The notes under the pieces: generated by a model | The model's input: only the letters and a program-made list of their open reading frames with translations | Told to the model about the DNA's origin: nothing | Database searches by the model: none | In this document: piece after piece, positions 61,414 through 64,000 of the stretch | How positions within the stretch are numbered: the stretch's first letter is position 1 | Layout of the letters: each line of letters begins with the position of its first letter | Source: Amoebidium appalachense | Lineage: Eukaryota; Protista; Ichthyosporea | Direction of reading: 5' to 3' | Assembly (NCBI GenBank): GCA_963693365.1 | Contig: CAVNZM010000002.1 | Location: 6,895,943 to 6,959,942 of the forward strand | DNA: 64,000 nt | Program-made: the position numbers and the translations under genes

Positions 61414-62115
61414 CCGCCCCACCCACCCCCCACACAGACACTTACAGCCAAGTCATGGCTGATGGTTGGGTTGCCGTCGCAGTTTTCAGACTCTGCCTGT
61501 GCCCTCAGATCCTTTCCTAGTTCGGACGCATGGCGTAGCTCAAGAGTGGCTAGCTCCATGCTGCGTGTGTGTGTATGCACGTGTGTGTGTGTGTGTGGAT
61601 GTGGGTGTGTGCGCGCGTGCGGTGCCTATATGCCTATGTGTGTGTTTATGGGCAGGCGAGTGCGTGTATGAATGTGTGTATGTGTGTGCGCGCGTGCGTG
61701 TATGTGTGTGCGTGCGTGCGGTAAATGAAACATGCTCAAGTACACATAGATACCTCCTCATTATCCTATTCTACCCCTTTTTTCTTAATACTCCCAAAAC
61801 CGACATGTCTGTTCACTTGCACCTTGCCCCGCAACTTTATCCTCGTTTTTTCCCACAACGATCACTTTCTTTCATGATGCCCTCCTTTTCTTGTCTGAGT
61901 CTTTCTCTAAATGCAATAGACAACCGGATCTCTCAAATCCCTATCAGGTCGACTAAAATTGGTTGTATTGCCCCCCCCCCCCCCCCCCCCCCCCCCCACC
62001 CCCTTCTCCCCAACCCACACATCCCCCCCCCCCCCCCCCCGCCCCCTCTCCCCCGGCCCCCAACGCCTGCTAGAGTGCCTCATCTCACTGACCTGTTACA
62101 TATAGTGTGTGTAAA

Positions 62116-62152
<37 letters not shown>

Positions 62153-62153
62153 C

Positions 62154-62197
<44 letters not shown>

Positions 62198-62216
62198 ACG
62201 TCTGTGTGTAAATGTG

Positions 62217-62251
<35 letters not shown>

Positions 62252-62262
62252 CTGTGGGTAAA

Positions 62263-62298
<36 letters not shown>

Positions 62299-62529
62299 CT
62301 TGTGCGTAAATATATTCTCTCACCAGACCCACCTGTTATAGTGCTTCATCTCAGAATACTGCACGGCATGCAATTCTTCATACACAGCCACCTCTAGTGC
62401 CAGTTTCCTCTTCAATATGCGCTCAAACTTGTGTGCCTTTGCAGTCAATACTTCCTCCTGGAGGGATGTGCGCTTGCTGCTGGCCTCGGTCTGAAGTTTG
62501 GTCTCCAGTTCCTGTGTATGTACGTGTGT

Positions 62530-62560
<31 letters not shown>

Positions 62561-62568
62561 GGGGGGGT

Positions 62569-62601
<33 letters not shown>

Positions 62602-62641
62602 GGTGAGTGTGTGTGTGTGTGTGTGTGGGGGGGGGGTGAGT

Positions 62642-62719
<78 letters not shown>

Positions 62720-63964
62720 GGGGGGGGGGGGGGGGGGGGGGGCAGGTCTGGGTGGGAGGGGACGGGTGAGGGTGAGTGACAGGAGAGGTTAGGGCACATG
62801 ACAAAGTAGGAAGTACACATGCATGAGAGGAAACACAATAAATAATCTCGGAGGAAAAAGAGCCTTAACGTGTTTGCAGCATACCATAAGTAGAGCGCAT
62901 TCTCCGGGCGCGGCGGGGGGGGGGGAGGGAAGGAGGGGAGGGGGGAAGGGGGGGGAATCAAGAGGTGCTATTCCATACGAAGTATGATATTCACGACGGA
63001 AAAATGTAATGCAAGTATCCAACAAAGAATGCACACCAAAATGGTACCACAAAATTGATACTTGAGGCCACCATTAGGCGGGGGGAGGGGAAAAAGATAG
63101 AGAGGTGGGGAGAGAGAGGGAGGACAATCGCAGGCATATGTACTACCCCGCTTTCACACCACACATACATACCTTTAGCTCTTGCTCCATTTGGTCGGCA
63201 AACTCACGGTAGCCATCAATGTTCTTACCCGCCTCTTTCTGTGTGTGTGTGTGTGTGTGTGTGCGTGTGTGTGTGTGCGTGTACTGTGCATGTGCGCATG
63301 CGTGAGGGGGCGCCAGCGTGTGTGGGCATGTGCATGCAGAACTTAACAAGTGCACGTACGAATGTGTGTGTTCGTGTGTGTGTGTGTGTGTGTTTAGACG
63401 GAGGATAAATGGGTGTTGGTGGTATGGACAGCGCAAGCAGAGCATTGGTAAGCCCAACCCACCATACCTGAAACACAATGTGCCCATGTATGACTGGGGT
63501 GAGCAGGGTGGGTGTGAGTGTGCCTGTACGTCTCTGGATGTATGCGGATGCATGCACGAGCGTGCACCTGCACCCGCATGTCTGTGCTTTTTCTTTTTTC
63601 TTTTTTCTTTTCTCTTTTTCTTTCTTTTCTTTCTTTCTTTTTTTTTTTTTTTTTGGGGGGGGGGGGGGGTATGGGGGATATAGGTGGCAGGTGAGGAGAG
63701 ACGGAGCCACATACCCTCAGAGTCTTTCTCCTTCTCTTGTGGTCCTTTTGCAGGTTTGTAAGTTGGCGTGTCTGTGTGGACTTTAGGTCTTTCTCCAGCG
63801 ATTTCTTGCGGCTCTCCTCTTCTTGTTCGAGTTTCTTGGCTTCCTTCATATACCGCTCGAGCATTTTTTTGTTTCTATTTTGGTGCAGAGAATGAGAAAA
63901 CATAACTTTTTTCCCCAGAAGATTTTGGTGGTACGTTTTTTGAGTTTGTAGGTCAGCGGCTTGG
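57229..63964 (-). CDS. 3' part of a spliced gene for a long coiled-coil protein with a Pro/Ala-rich QSKP-repeat tail; function unknown, continues beyond the window
   Basis: GT-AG-bounded coiled-coil exons 63964-63715, 63238-63173, 62511-62333, 61560-61446 and 60803-60720. Further likely exons near 60180-60118, 59722-59680 and 58935-58708. The terminal Pro-rich ORF ends at 57229. I could not resolve the middle exon joins. Confidence 0.6.
57655..58100 (-). repeat. Coding tandem repeat (xQSKP-[VIT]L-APAP), about 10 degenerate copies
   Basis: Recurrent GGTTTTGATTGG on the plus strand and QSKP/QPKP units in ORF 57229-58257. Confidence 0.85.
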
Positions 63965-64000
63965 CTGACATGACCGATCAATTTGTAAGTGTGTAAGGCA

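Noticed and set aside
57229-63964. Naming the last gene as a STE20/TAO-type kinase tail
   Set aside because: Only generic coiled-coil similarity, and no kinase domain lies in the window.

Overview
This is intron-rich eukaryotic DNA, very rich in (CA)n/(GT)n and poly-C/poly-G tracts. The gene content suggests a unicellular opisthokont/holozoan, but that is inference. Most ORFs in the supplied track are artefacts of these repeats. Genes I can support: (1) an intronless old yellow enzyme (2973-4150 +, frameshift in a C run); (2) a complete 15-exon EHD/RME-1 ATPase with a C-terminal EH domain (5482-20098 +); (3) an intronless secreted LysM + CAP protein (22340-23161 +); (4) an atlastin/GBP-family GTPase with a coiled coil and two copies of a VxGYxxxNGTYVxGY motif (38602-41234 +, frame break near 40130-40230); (5) a spliced Atos/FAM214 homologue (about 52414-44225 -); (6) the 3' part of a spliced coiled-coil/Pro-rich gene (window end to 57229 -). 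The clearest mobile element is a young, apparently intact tyrosine-recombinase retrotransposon (31951-38243 -). It has split direct repeats (A1-ORFs-B1-A2-B2), a gag-like ORF coupled by an ATGA overlap, and a single RT-RNaseH-YR fusion ORF. A second notable signal is a family of structured intronic repeats, always sense to the host gene, that end in CATTCAA(A) next to poly-C and keep one stem through base changes. Positions 1-1300 are a deleted tandem copy of the OYE/EHD region. I saw no rRNA, convincing tRNA or CRISPR array.
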